NCBI GenBank assembly: GCA_965112735.1
Contig: OZ218954.1
Location: forward strand, 2,046,001 to 2,110,000
DNA length: 64,000 nucleotides
Reading direction: 5' to 3'
DNA from: Phaeosaccion multiseriatum
Lineage: Eukaryota; Protista; Ochrophyta, other classes
The notes under the pieces were generated by a model. It did no database searches. It was not told the origin of the DNA and saw only the letters and a program-made list of their open reading frames with translations. The position numbers and the translations under genes were made by a program. Positions 29,821-41,938 of this stretch are shown piece by piece. Each line of letters starts with the position of its first letter. The first letter of the stretch is position 1.

Positions 29821-31641
29821 ATGCAGCTCAGCAGCAGCCGCTTCTTCGCACTGCTGCTGCTTCTCTGCTCCCTGTTCTATCTGGATGTTGCGGTAGCGAG
29901 GACGCTCAGCAGGAGCAGCAGCAGTAGATGGCATCCACTCCCATCTTCGACCATAGGTAGCAGAGGAGGGGAGACAATAGTTCAGCGGACCAGAGATGGG
30001 GGAGCTGTGGAACCCAAGGAGGACGGGGGGGGGAGGGCCAGCGCGATTGCTCTTGAGCTCAGGGGAGGGGCGCGGGGCGAGGGCAAGCCTCCTTCTGGCA
30101 GAGTAGTGGAAAATCTCGAGGGTTCGGAGGGGCTCAAGCCTCGAGAAGCCTATCACTTGGCGCGCAAGTGCTTCCACGCATCTACCGTGTGGGGCTTTGC
30201 TTGGGCGTGGTCGCTGATGCCGGCGCACAAGGGAGAGATATACGGTCTCGACTTGTTCTCCCAGGGCATGATTGCTATTGTACGTATTCAGTGTTAGAGT
30301 AGAGAAGTGTGGTCGCAGGAGCTTCACTCATGCTCTGTGTGAGCTAGAGCATTGTATTCTCGCGTATGGCATGGCGGTAGTCTGACTCTTAACCGCCTTA
30401 CGACTGCTTTTGGTTCCTTTCACTGTCCTTTTGCGAATCATCAGGGCCTCTTCGTCATGGCTTTCGAGGTGCTTCGGCTTCAATCGGCCGCCTTGAACAA
30501 GGTTTTCAAGAAAGGTGGGGAATGAACAGAAGAGAAGCATTTCGAGCTCGCAGTAACTGCGAAGAGAGAGGGCGAGGCTGTTCCGCTCTCCATGTGGTCT
30601 GCCCCATTGCGTCCCATGTGCCACCGCCCCACTCGATTGTCACACTCAATTCCTCTCCTTTCCTACCCTGCCTTCACTGCGTCTGCTCGCCTTTGATCCC
30701 TCTCCTCTGGGATCAAACCACACTGACTGCTGATCCATTATGATTGTAACGCCCCCCCGGCGGGGAGCAAACAGTCTTCGGAACGGTGATGCGACAGCAT
30801 GAGATGAACAAATTCAGCGGTGTCATGTACTGCCTACTCGGTATGTTTGTCAGGCACCGAGAGTGAAGGTGCTGGTCTATGGCCTTGTGGGGTGCGGCAG
30901 TGGGCCATCTCCGACGGGGGGAAATGGGACAGGGGACAGGGGCTGGCTGGACTGCTTCTGCTGCTACTACTACCGTTACTGCTTCTGCTACTATTACTGC
31001 CGTTCCTTCTTCTGCTTCTAATACTGCCATTACTGCTTCTGCTCCTACTGCCTTTGCTTCTGCTGCCACTACTGCACTGCTACTGTCCCCCACCACCTGA
31101 TACTTGTCCTTGATATCGTTCCTTCACCCTCCCCCCCTCCCCCCTCCACCCCTGCTTCCCTTGACCCATTCGACACCTGCGCAGGCATTGCCGTGAGCTC
31201 CGCGGTGTTCCCCAAGAGCGTCGCTCTGCTTGGCATGCTGCAGCTGGCCATAGGAGATCCCTTCGCTGCCCTCTTTGGGCATGCCACCCGGCCGGTCAAG
31301 TACGTGAGGAGGGCGGGGACACTTGAGGATGTGGATTGGATGGCAGTGAAATGGGCAAGGAGAGAGAGAGAGAGAGGGAGCGAGGGAACGAGGGAGAGGA
31401 GGAGAGGAGGCGGGGACACTGAAGATGAGATAGGAGCGAGGTAGATGGACACACAGAGAGGGCGAAAGAGAGAGGGAGAGGGAGAGGGAGAGGGAGAGAG
31501 GGGGGAGGGGGGGGAGGAGAGGAAATGGGGACACTGAGGATGGGTGGACATACATACAGAGAGAGGGAGAGGGAGAGGAGGAGAGGAGATGGGGACATTG
31601 ATGATGGATGAGATGGGAGCGACATGGACACATATACACAC

Positions 31642-31679
<38 letters not shown>

Positions 31680-32169
31680 CATACACACCGCGGAAGGGCA
31701 TCGCCGCTCGTTCTGTTCGCCCTGACACAGTAAAGAGCAGAGACGCACAACCTGACCCAGCCTGCCTGGCTCTTGTGGCTTGCTCCCCTTTCCCTACCCA
31801 CCCACCCGCAGGTGGGCAAGATTGGGCAACGGCAAGGGAGTGTTGGGCTTCGCAGGCTGCACGGCCATCCTCACTGCCCTCAACCTCGCCCTGCTCACCT
31901 TCAGGGCGGACTTCAGCTTGGGTACCGACACGGCGATGCCCAACCTTCTCAAGGCCTCGGCAGCCGTCGCCGGACTCACCGCGATGGTGGAGCTCATCAT
32001 TCCGTCACCGCAGAAGACCCTTCCTTTCAAGAATTTCCCCCTCGCTCTGGACGACAACTTGTTGCTGCCCATTGGCGGTGCCCTTGCCGTGTACTTTGTG
32101 TTTCCCCTCTTCGGCCTGCCCCTTGGAGACGCGGACTTTGCATTCAACCCTCGGCTCTACCCCTTGTGA
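29821..32169 (+). CDS. CTP-dependent polytopic lipid kinase (DGK1/dolichol/phytol kinase family) with an N-terminal signal-like peptide
   Basis: YHLARKCFH, FEVLRLQS..LNK, VMRQHEMNKFSGVMYCLLG, LAIGDPFAALFG, GNGKGVLG, LDDNLLLP. Confidence 0.82.
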
Positions 32170-32422
32170 GGAGTGAGACACGCCATGGAGAGGGCAAAGC
32201 TGTGTGGTACTTCCATCCCCGCAACCCTCCTCAGCTGAGATGCTTTGCTTTGGGGTCTTGAGGCAAGGAAGGAAGCGAAGGAGTACACATGAACCATTTT
32301 TTAATTTACGTAAGAGTACATACAATGCGTCGTTATGTTTCTTTGGGGGAAAGGCGGGGGTAATGTATCCGGGAAAATAGTGGAGGCCTGGTGGTACCTT
32401 CTATGCTCCTACCCCCAAACCG

Positions 32423-34602
32423 CTACCCAACCAGGCCCATCAAAGCCGGAGCAGCAGCAGAGAAGGAGGGCGCATCGGCAGCAGCGACCCCCGCCGCTGC
32501 CGCCTCCCCCCCTCCATCGGCCTCAACCTCCTGCCGTCCCTGTCTCATCCCCTGCTGCCTCAGCCAAGGGTGATCCAAGATCTGTTTCACGGTGAGGCGG
32601 TCGGCAGGGAGGGGGCGGAGAACGGCAGAGATGAGGTCTCTGGCTGCCCCCTCGGGTACCTCCGGAGGGAACCTCAAGCGCCCGTCGTAGCTGCGTATCC
32701 GCCTGTACAGCGCCGCGTGCGGGCCGCCGCCCTCCCCGTCCTCCCCCTTCGCTGCCGCCCCCCCTCCGCGTCCTCCCCCTTCGCTCCCCGTGCCCACTCC
32801 TGCCCCTGCTGCCGGTGCCGCCGCCGCCGCCGCCGCCGCCGCCGTCGTCGCTGCTGCTGCTGCTCCTACTCCAACTGCTTGCGCATCACCAACTGCTGCT
32901 GGTGGTGGCGGCGGTAGCGGTCGAGGCAAGAAAGCATCGCTCTCAAAGGGTGTCCGACATGTGAGGAGCTCGAAGCACAGCACACCCAGCGACCACACAT
33001 CCACCTCACACCCGTACGAAGGCTGGCCCAACTCCGCGCCGCCCTTCTCATTCCTCCCTCCCCCTCCCATCCCTCCGGTGAGGAACTCTGGTGCGAGGTA
33101 GTCAGGTGTGCCACACAGCGTGTGTCGGGTGTTGTGTGGTGGTGGTGCGTGTACTGCCCAACCAAAGTCCGTGAGCTTCACGCGCCCCTCGCCGTCCATG
33201 AGCAGGTTCTCCAGCTTGACGTCTCTGGGAGAGAGGAGGAAGAAGAAGAGAGGGTAAAATATGATTCATATACGATATAATATATATATATATATTATAT
33301 ACAAATATGTATGTATTATTCCAATGTGGGGAGGCAAGAGTGGGGGTGCGCGTATACGTGAGTTCTTCATGCATTGTACGTATCTTGCCCTCGAAACCCC
33401 GTACGTAGAGAACCGAAGTAGTCCAGCCCTACACATAACAAAACCGAAGCATCAACAGCTCTAGACGGGTTGGAGTGTCTCATGTGTTCGCTCCCCACTC
33501 ACTCACCTGTGCAGGACATGCCTCTCCTGCAGATACCCAATGGCAGAGCCCAGCTGTGCGGTGAAGCAGGCTGCCCTCGCCGCATCGAAGCCGCCTGTCT
33601 TGTGCAGGGCCTTGTACAGCTCCCCTCCCGAGGCGAACTCCATGACGAAGTACATGTTCTTGGCATCGTGGAAGTAACCGTACATTTGCAGGATGCAAGG
33701 GTGGTGCAGGTGGCTGTGTATCTGCGTGTGTGTGTGTGTGTGTGTGTGTATTGCCGTGTTGGTAGGTATGAGACAAGACAACAGGAAAGTAGTGGTAGTA
33801 GTGCGGGCAAAGCAGCGGATGGGGGTGTGTCGCGGATACCTCTCACCCACCTCGACCTCCCTTCGAAAGTTCATGAGTGTTTGCGAGCCGCCGTTGATGA
33901 TGGAGCTCTTGAACTGTACCTTCAGCGCCACCTGCTCCCGAGTCAGGCTCTCCCTGAGGTTTTATGTTGTATGGAGTTGTAATTGCATATATTGAGGGGA
34001 CATCGGAAGAGAAATGAGAGCAGAGGACGGGAGAAGAGAGTACACAGAGGAGAGAAATGACCACCAACTACCACAGTAGCAGGACGGACAGGCCTTTATC
34101 ATCCACTCACGCACCGAGCCAAGTACACATTCCCGAACTTGCCCTTTCCCAGAGCCGCTCCAACTTCAAAGTCCTCGAGGCACCAGCGCCTGACTTTGGC
34201 CTCCTCCTCGTCGGCCCTTGCGAGTCCTGCTGCTGCTGCTGCCCCCCCACCCCCGCAAAGCCCGAATGACCTTCTGCTGCCGCTTATCCGCCGGCTGTCA
34301 GGGATCGGAGGAGCAGTGCTGGGGGTTCCTCCTCCTCCCGCTGCTGCTGCTGCTGCTGCTCCTGCTGCTCCTGCTGCTGCTCCTGCTGCTGCTACCGCCG
34401 TCACATTCCCTCCTAAGGAGAGCTTCCTAGCGCCCGAAGACGTCCTGCGTGTGGCAGTCTCTTCTCCTGCTCCTGCAGCGACTTGCCCTGCTTCCCCTGA
34501 GATCCGTCTGAGCTTGCGAGCGGGCGAAGACGTGCCCACCTCTGTGAGCTTCCCCCCCTCCCTCCTCTCTCGCACAGCGCCACCGCCGAGAGAGCGCCTC
34601 AT
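32423..34602 (-). CDS. Aurora-family Ser/Thr kinase, 4 exons; start approximate
   Basis: [89 protein letters not shown]. Confidence 0.95.
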
Positions 34603-34796
34603 AATGCACTCACACGTCAAGCATCTGTCCTTTATGGGAAGGGCATGGGGAGAGAGGAGAGGGAAGAGGGTGTAGAAAGGGAAGAGGGAAGGAAAAAGAC
34701 ATTAAGCTGTCGGACAGGATCGGCCAGAGAACCAACCGGCCAAGGCGAGTAATTTTCTGAATTTTCTCCCGTTGGAAAAAGGAAAAAGTGCCTGAA

Positions 34797-37700
34797 ATGG
34801 CAAGGCGGGACGGTGGAGAGCACCCCCATCAAGGGAAAGATGAGAAGGGGGAAGAGGAGGAGAACTCTGTTGAGGCGGCCATGCTCGTAGAGGTGGAGGA
34901 AGAGATCCGGAGGGCGGAGAATCAGCTCATGGCTTCCTCGCTGGGGAGCAGCAGAGGAGGAGGGGCCTGGGCTTTGGACCAACCCAACGCTTCTTCTGAT
35001 CCGAGCGACGATAAGGAGGAGGCGCATCATCTCGATGTGCTGCAGGTGTCGTCCCCACGGTCTTCTGAATGGGGGGGGGTGTCAGTTCCTGGGTCACGGA
35101 GGACTTCTCCTTCCCTACGGGGTAGTCAGTCGGTAAGGATTCAGAGAGATCCTTGTGTCGTGGAAGAAAGACGTCAACTGTAGGCTGAGGCTGGCTGGCT
35201 TGCTTGCTTGCTTGCTTGCTCATCTCATCTCGATATTTTGTTTTGTCCTTTTAACTGGAGGTGGACCGGCCCGGCTGGACACGGCCTGATATCCCCGACA
35301 TTCGCCGAAAGGAGCTGCTCGGCAGACTTCGATCTTCTAAAGAAGGCGGGAAAAGGGAAGGACGAGAAGGAGAAGGACGAGAAAGAGGAGGGCGAAGAGG
35401 AAGAGGAGGAGGAGGAGGAGGAGGAGGAGGAGGAGGAGGAGGAGGAGGAGGAGGAGGAAGAGGACGAGCCCTGATGAGGGAAGAGGAGGACGAGGACGAG
35501 GAGGAGGGATATGGCAGGGAACGCCGCTCTTCCCGTCCCCGGAGCTCAGCACACCTCGACAGAGACAGTGTTAGCCCTGACAGCTTGCCTGGAAATGAGC
35601 AAGAGGATAATGACGGAGTGGTGCGCTCTCCCTCTAGAGAGGAGGAGGAGGAGGAGGAGGAGGAGGAGGGGAACAATAGTAGCAGTAGCAGCAAGCGGTC
35701 TTCTCGCTATTCGACTGTCAGTGAGAGAGAGGCCCTCATCGCCAGGTGAGATAGATGCCACTGGCGACAGCCCTGAAGTACAGTACCGCTCCTAGACCTC
35801 TCTTGTCAGCCAAGCGCCATTGGTTGCCTTCTCTATTTGCTATTTTGCAGTGGCCAACCCAATCGAACCCTCTTTGCTCTTCATCCCATCGGCAGTCCTC
35901 CCATCTTACCTCTGCAATCAAACCTCCCTCCCACCTCGCGAGTCCAGGTTATTATCTGAGCGAGAAGACAGGCTGCTGCAGAGTTCTAGGCAGTCCAGCA
36001 GCAGCGCCGCTCACAAGGAGGGAGGAGGAGGCGGAGGAGGACGACCAGAGGGGGGCAACAGCGGCAAGGGCAACGGCAACGGCGATGGTGAGGGGGGGAT
36101 GGAGCTGAACTTCAACACCAGCCACGCTGCGTCTTACTTTTCCGGGGGGGAGGACGACGGAAGGAGGTTGAGGCGAAGGGGCACGAGCGGGCGAGGTGGC
36201 AGTAGCGACGACAGCGGCAATGATGATGATGATCATGATGATGATGATGCTGATGACGATGACTCCGGCCCTGGAGAGCTCTTTTACGCCTCTGATCTGT
36301 TGCGTATGCCCATACCCATACCGGCGGGGGAGACGGCCGACATTCTGGGGGTGACAGAGACAACGGTGGACAGGCGCAGCACCAGCAGCAGCTATCTTAA
36401 CCTCTACGGCCTGGGCCTAAGCGATACGGCGGCGCTGGGCTCACCTTCCGCGGCGGTCACGGGGGCGGGGGCCGGTGGGCGAGGGGAGGGAAGGGTGAAG
36501 AAGGGGTGGTCAAGGAAGGACAGGGAAAGGCGGAATGCGAAGAGCGAGGAGGATGAGGAGGGTGTGGGTGTGGATGGAGGCGATGAAGGGGAGGCTTCCA
36601 TCGCCCGGCGGGCTCGAGCTCAGCGTCCCTCCTTGAGGCAGCAGCAGCAGCAGCAGCAGCAGGAGGAGGAGCAGGCTTCGGCGGGATCAGGCTTGGAGGA
36701 GAAACGTTCTTCTTCCGGCACGCGGCAGTCGCTGCAAGACGCACGCAGTGGGGAAGCGACTGCACCAGCAACAGCAGTAGCAACAACAGTTGGTGGTACA
36801 GCAGGGCAGAGAAGGTCTCAGGCTGGTCATGGCCACGGGGAGGGGGGGGAGCAGCGCCCTCGCTCTCGGCGGAGGCAGCGTCCTACGTATACTGTAGCGG
36901 GGACCTTCAATTCGGTGACACGTAGAGGAAACAGGGACGCAGCTGCGACTGGGTCGGGGTCAGCGCGTCGACATGGTGGTGATGGTGGTGTTGGTGCTCG
37001 GGGAGGCGCAGGGAGGAGGGGTGGGGAGATGCGTGCAAGTGGAAAGGACAAGAGGAGTTGGAGCAGGGGCAGGAGAGGAAGCGTTGGGCCAGGAGAGGAG
37101 GAGAAGGAGGAGGAGGAGGAGGAGGAGGAGGAGGACGGCCGAAGAGGCAGGGGGGGCAGTACTGCCGCTATTGGGAATGATGATGGCAGTGGCGATGGAG
37201 GTAGGGTTGGTGATGGTGATGGAGGAGGTGAGTTGTCCAAGGAGTACACATTCAAGCCCCGGATCAACTCTGACTATTTTAAGAAGCATCCGGGGGTGGT
37301 CACCCGGCGACCGCCCATTGCAGTGAGGATGGCCCAGCTGGGAAAGGTGCGGCAGCAAGAGTATAGGCAGAGGGAGGCCGAGAGAAGAGAGCGAGAGAGG
37401 AAGGAGGAGCAAGAGTGCACGTTTCGGCCGGTCATCACAGGTCAGTGAGCAGTGGGGAAGGGAATGGGAGGGGCGAGGGAGGGGAGGGAGGAGGAGGAGG
37501 AGGAGGAGGAGGAGGAGGAGGAGGAGGAGGAGGAGGAGGAGGAGGAGGAGGAGGAGGAGAAGGGGAAGGGGAGAAGGAGGAGGAGGAGAGAGGGGGGGGA
37601 GGAGGAGAAGGAGGGGGAGGGGGTGTTGAACAAGAAGGAGGGGGAGGGGGTATTGAACAAGAAGGAGGGGGAGGGGGTGTTGAACAAGAAGGAGGGGGAG

Positions 37701-38481
37701 GGAGTGTTGAACAAGAAGGGCGTGGAGGGGGGGGACAGGGACTGAGAGGAGGGGTGGGGTAGGGTGGGGTGGGGTGGGGGGGTACTCTGAGCATATCCAT
37801 GTGTAGTCTATCCAAGCAAAACAATGAAATGAGTTTGAGACGTTAACCCTCTCACTATTTGTCCGCTACTTCCTTTGGCCACAGAGAGCAAGAGGGGAGG
37901 AGCGAGGCCAGGAAGAGGGGCGACAAAGGGAGGAAAGCAGCAGCAGCAGCAGCAGCAGCCGCAGAAGGGGGGCGGGGAGGAGGACGGGGGCGGAGAAGGG
38001 GAGGCCCGCGCAGGTTTCTTCGAGCGCCTGCACAACGAGGCTGCGGACAAAGAAGCTGCCATCGCAGCAGCCAGGTGGGTGGTGCAGAGGGGCGGGCAAG
38101 TGTGGCAAGAAAGGAGTTAGGAACTTTCTTCCCCTCTTGTCCATTGTGCTACGTACTCATTGTCCCGGCTGGCTTGGCTTGGCTTGGCTGCGCTACTGCT
38201 CTCACATGCTCACACACACACGCACACACACACACACATACCGACACACACGCGCACGCACACGCGCGCACGCGGGCGCAGGTTCAATCTTGAAGTGGCA
38301 GAGATGGAAGCGTGCCCCTTTCAGCCCCAAATCAACCCCAGCGTGCGTCTGCCCTTTGGATATGGCGCTCATGCCCGGACCGGTTTAGAGAGGGTGGGGC
38401 CCTACCCGGAGGAGGAAAAGCCCCTGTACGAGAGGGTGTACGCTGTCACAAGGGAGAGGTTAGTGTCTGTCTGTCTGTCTA

Positions 38482-38518
<37 letters not shown>

Positions 38519-39393
38519 GTATCTGTCTGTCCGTCTGCCCCTTTAGTTGCTCTTTGTGGCAACCTCAAATGTATTGCGTGTCCGGCCTCTCTCTCTCCCT
38601 CTTTTTCTCTCTCTCTCTGCCTGCCTGTACCTGCCTCTCTCTTTATCTCCAGAGAGGAGCGATTACGTGAGCTGCAGGCAGACGCTGACGTCCGCGAGGG
38701 CCACAGCTTCAAGCCTCGCATCAACGGACGGAGCGAAAGAATCGTCAGGAGGAGCAGGGGCGTATCCTGGCAGAAAAACGGCGGCCGCGGTGGTGGTGGG
38801 GACAGCAACGAAGGGCAGGGGGGTGGAGGGATTCAGTGGCCACAGCTGCAGGAAGGAGAGAGCGCCAGCGACAGACTTGCCCGAGATGCTTTCGTGCGGG
38901 AGGAGCGGAGAGAGCAACTGCTGGCAGATGTGGAGATGGAAGAGGCGGCTCGGGCGGCAGAGGCATGGCCCAAGGTAGGAACACACATATGTACACACAC
39001 ATGTGGGGAGGTTGGTCCTTCACTTCCTTTGTGCAGGCCTGTGACAGCCTGTGACACAACACAGATGCAGAAAGAAAGATGGCCTGAACTTTCAACTTCT
39101 TTTTCTTTCTGTAACGCCTCTGTCTGCCCTCTGCCCTGCCATGGTCGCCAACTGCAAACTGCAAACTGCAGGTGTGTCGGGGCTCTCAGCGTATTATGCG
39201 TCAGAGGGAGGACCTTCAGGTGCCCTTTGAGGAGCGGCAGCAGCTGCTCGACAGAAGGGCTGAGGAGAGGCAGGTGCGCAGCAGCAGCAGCAGCAGCAGC
39301 AGAAGCGGTGTCCCCCTTGTGCGTGACCAGTTTTCTTCTTGTCTTGTCTTTTCTGTATTCCTCCCCCTCCCCCCCCCTCCCATCTCTCTCTCT

Positions 39394-39427
<34 letters not shown>

Positions 39428-40043
39428 TCCTTGTGGCAGAGCTTCTTCCCGCCAATATCTAAGCTTGCGCTCCACATGCACGTGCTTTTCGCCCTGCTGC
39501 CCTCCCCTCCCTCTCTCCCTCCCTCCCTGTCTCCCTGTCTCCTTCCCATCCCAGGCCCGCATCCTCGATGAGATGGCGGAGGAGGAGAGCACCTGGTTCG
39601 TGCCCCACACGACAGCAGCGAGCAAGACCATCATGCGCAGAAGGAGGTGCGTTCATTTCGGGCAAGGGAAGAGGGAGACAGAGAGAGAGGGGCAGGGAGC
39701 TGGGGAGAGGCGGAGAGAGAGGGAGATGGAGAGGGAGAGAGAGAGAGACAGGGAGAGGGAAAGAGAGGGGAAGAGAGAGAGACATACAGAGGCCCGTCGT
39801 GGGGAAGGAGAGGTCCCGGACACCTCGTGCCGGAAACCGTACCAGTGTCATGGCGCCTTCCTTGTGCTTGTGCCTTGTGCTGGGTGCTGGTGCGGCCCAA
39901 AATCCTTGCCCCTTTCTCTCCATATGACTTAGGTGCGAGGTGTACCTTCTTGCTTGTGACGTTTGCGGCATACCAAAAGTCCCAAAGCTTTGCGCTTAGA
40001 CTTACTGTGAGGCTCTCGCTCTCTCTGTCTCGCTTTCCCTCCC

Positions 40044-40087
<44 letters not shown>

Positions 40088-40451
40088 TCTCCCTCTGTCC
40101 ACCCCCCCCTCCCCCTCTCCTCTTCTCTCCCTACCTGCCCGCTCCCATCTCCCTCTCTTGCTCTTTCCTCTCGTGTGGGTGCCTTTTATGTTACCTCTAT
40201 ATTGCGGCAGGCCGGGGCTGGAGGCAGAGACACCAGAGCAGCGTGACATTCGCATGGGCACCGTCGAGGAGGAGAAGAGAAGAGCAAAGCTCGACAGGCA
40301 GAGGGCTATTAAGGACAAGTGAGTGCGTGCGTGGGTGCGTGCGTGGGTGGGTGCGTCACCGTGGTTCTATGCGCCATAGTACGATACGGGTTGTAAAGTA
40401 GAGGTCGACAGGGGGTAAGAGGAGGAGGCAGGAGCGGCCTCTTGGAGGTCA

Positions 40452-40493
<42 letters not shown>

Positions 40494-40943
40494 GAGGAGG
40501 CAGGAGCGGCGTCTTGGAGTTCATACCTTACAACATCTTTGCCTCTTTGCCCACATACGTTTACGTGCCTGCCCATAATCCTTTGCATGCCTTTGCCTGC
40601 TGACTGTCTCCCCTCACCCCCTCTTACGCCCCCACCTCTATTCCTCCACACCGCCTCATCCGGCGACTTTTTACCCGCCCCCCCCCCCCCTCTCCCCTTC
40701 TCTCCGGCGGTCATCTGCCTCTCTCGCAGTAAATACTCTTTCAAGCCGCGCATCAACGCCGTGAGCAGAGCGATGGCCCCTGCTTCCACCACGTAAGTCA
40801 AGGGACGTTTTCGTGGGGGTGAGAGTTTGTTTCACGTCTTTGTCACTGCCTGTCACCTGGCTCACATACTCATACGTACACACATACACACACACGCTCA
40901 CACACGCACACTCACACACACACACACACTCACACACACGCTC

Positions 40944-40978
<35 letters not shown>

Positions 40979-41787
40979 CTCACACACACACACACACATT
41001 CACACACACGCTCACCCTCACACACTCACACACACACACACCCCTCTTGCACTCGAAGCTTACCTGCCCCCACTCCCGACCCCATGGCAGTGCGGAGCTC
41101 AGTGCCAATCGGAAAGGGCAGGCCCTCCTGGAGCGAAACAGAGCCAAAGCCGAGGCCAAGGAGAAGGAGGCATGCACTTTCAAGCCACGATTGGAGGCGG
41201 AGGAGGTGAGAGGCACAGGGCCCATAGGGTATAGGGCATAGGGCGTAGGGTATAGGGTGTAGGGTAAAGGGTATATGGTATGGGATATAGGGTATGGGGT
41301 ATAGGGTATAGGGTATAGGATAAAGGGTATGGGGTATAGGGTGTAGGATATGGGGTTCGTGGTTTAGGGTATAAGGTTTAGGGTGTAGAGGTGTAGGGTC
41401 TACCTCGAGCTCACTTTTCTAATTAAAAAAACCAACACATTCTAGTGTTGTGTGTTGTGTTTTGTGAAGGCTTCCTTCCAAGTTTTGCTCTCCTCTTCCC
41501 CCCTTGTCCCCTACGTTTCTCATTTGTAAGATCCCCCCCCCTCCCTTTTCACCCGGCATTTCCTCTCTCCCCCTCCCTCCCTCCCTTCGTCTTCCCCTCC
41601 CTCCCTCCCTCCCTCCGCCTTCCCTCCCTCCCTCCCTCCCTCCCTCCCTCCCTCCCTCCCTCCCTCCCTCCATCCCTCCCTCCCTGCCTCCCTCCCTCAG
41701 GCCCAGAGGCACGCGTACGCCATGTCCCAAGTGCACCGCTCAGCGCAAGACCTCGAAGGTGTGGCACGCCTCTACCCATAGGCCTCC

Positions 41788-41866
<79 letters not shown>

Positions 41867-41885
41867 CTGTCCGCCTGTCTGTCTT

Positions 41886-41938
<53 letters not shown>

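Noticed and set aside
41224-41399. True chromosome end
   Set aside because: Degenerate, short and inside an intron with genes on both sides
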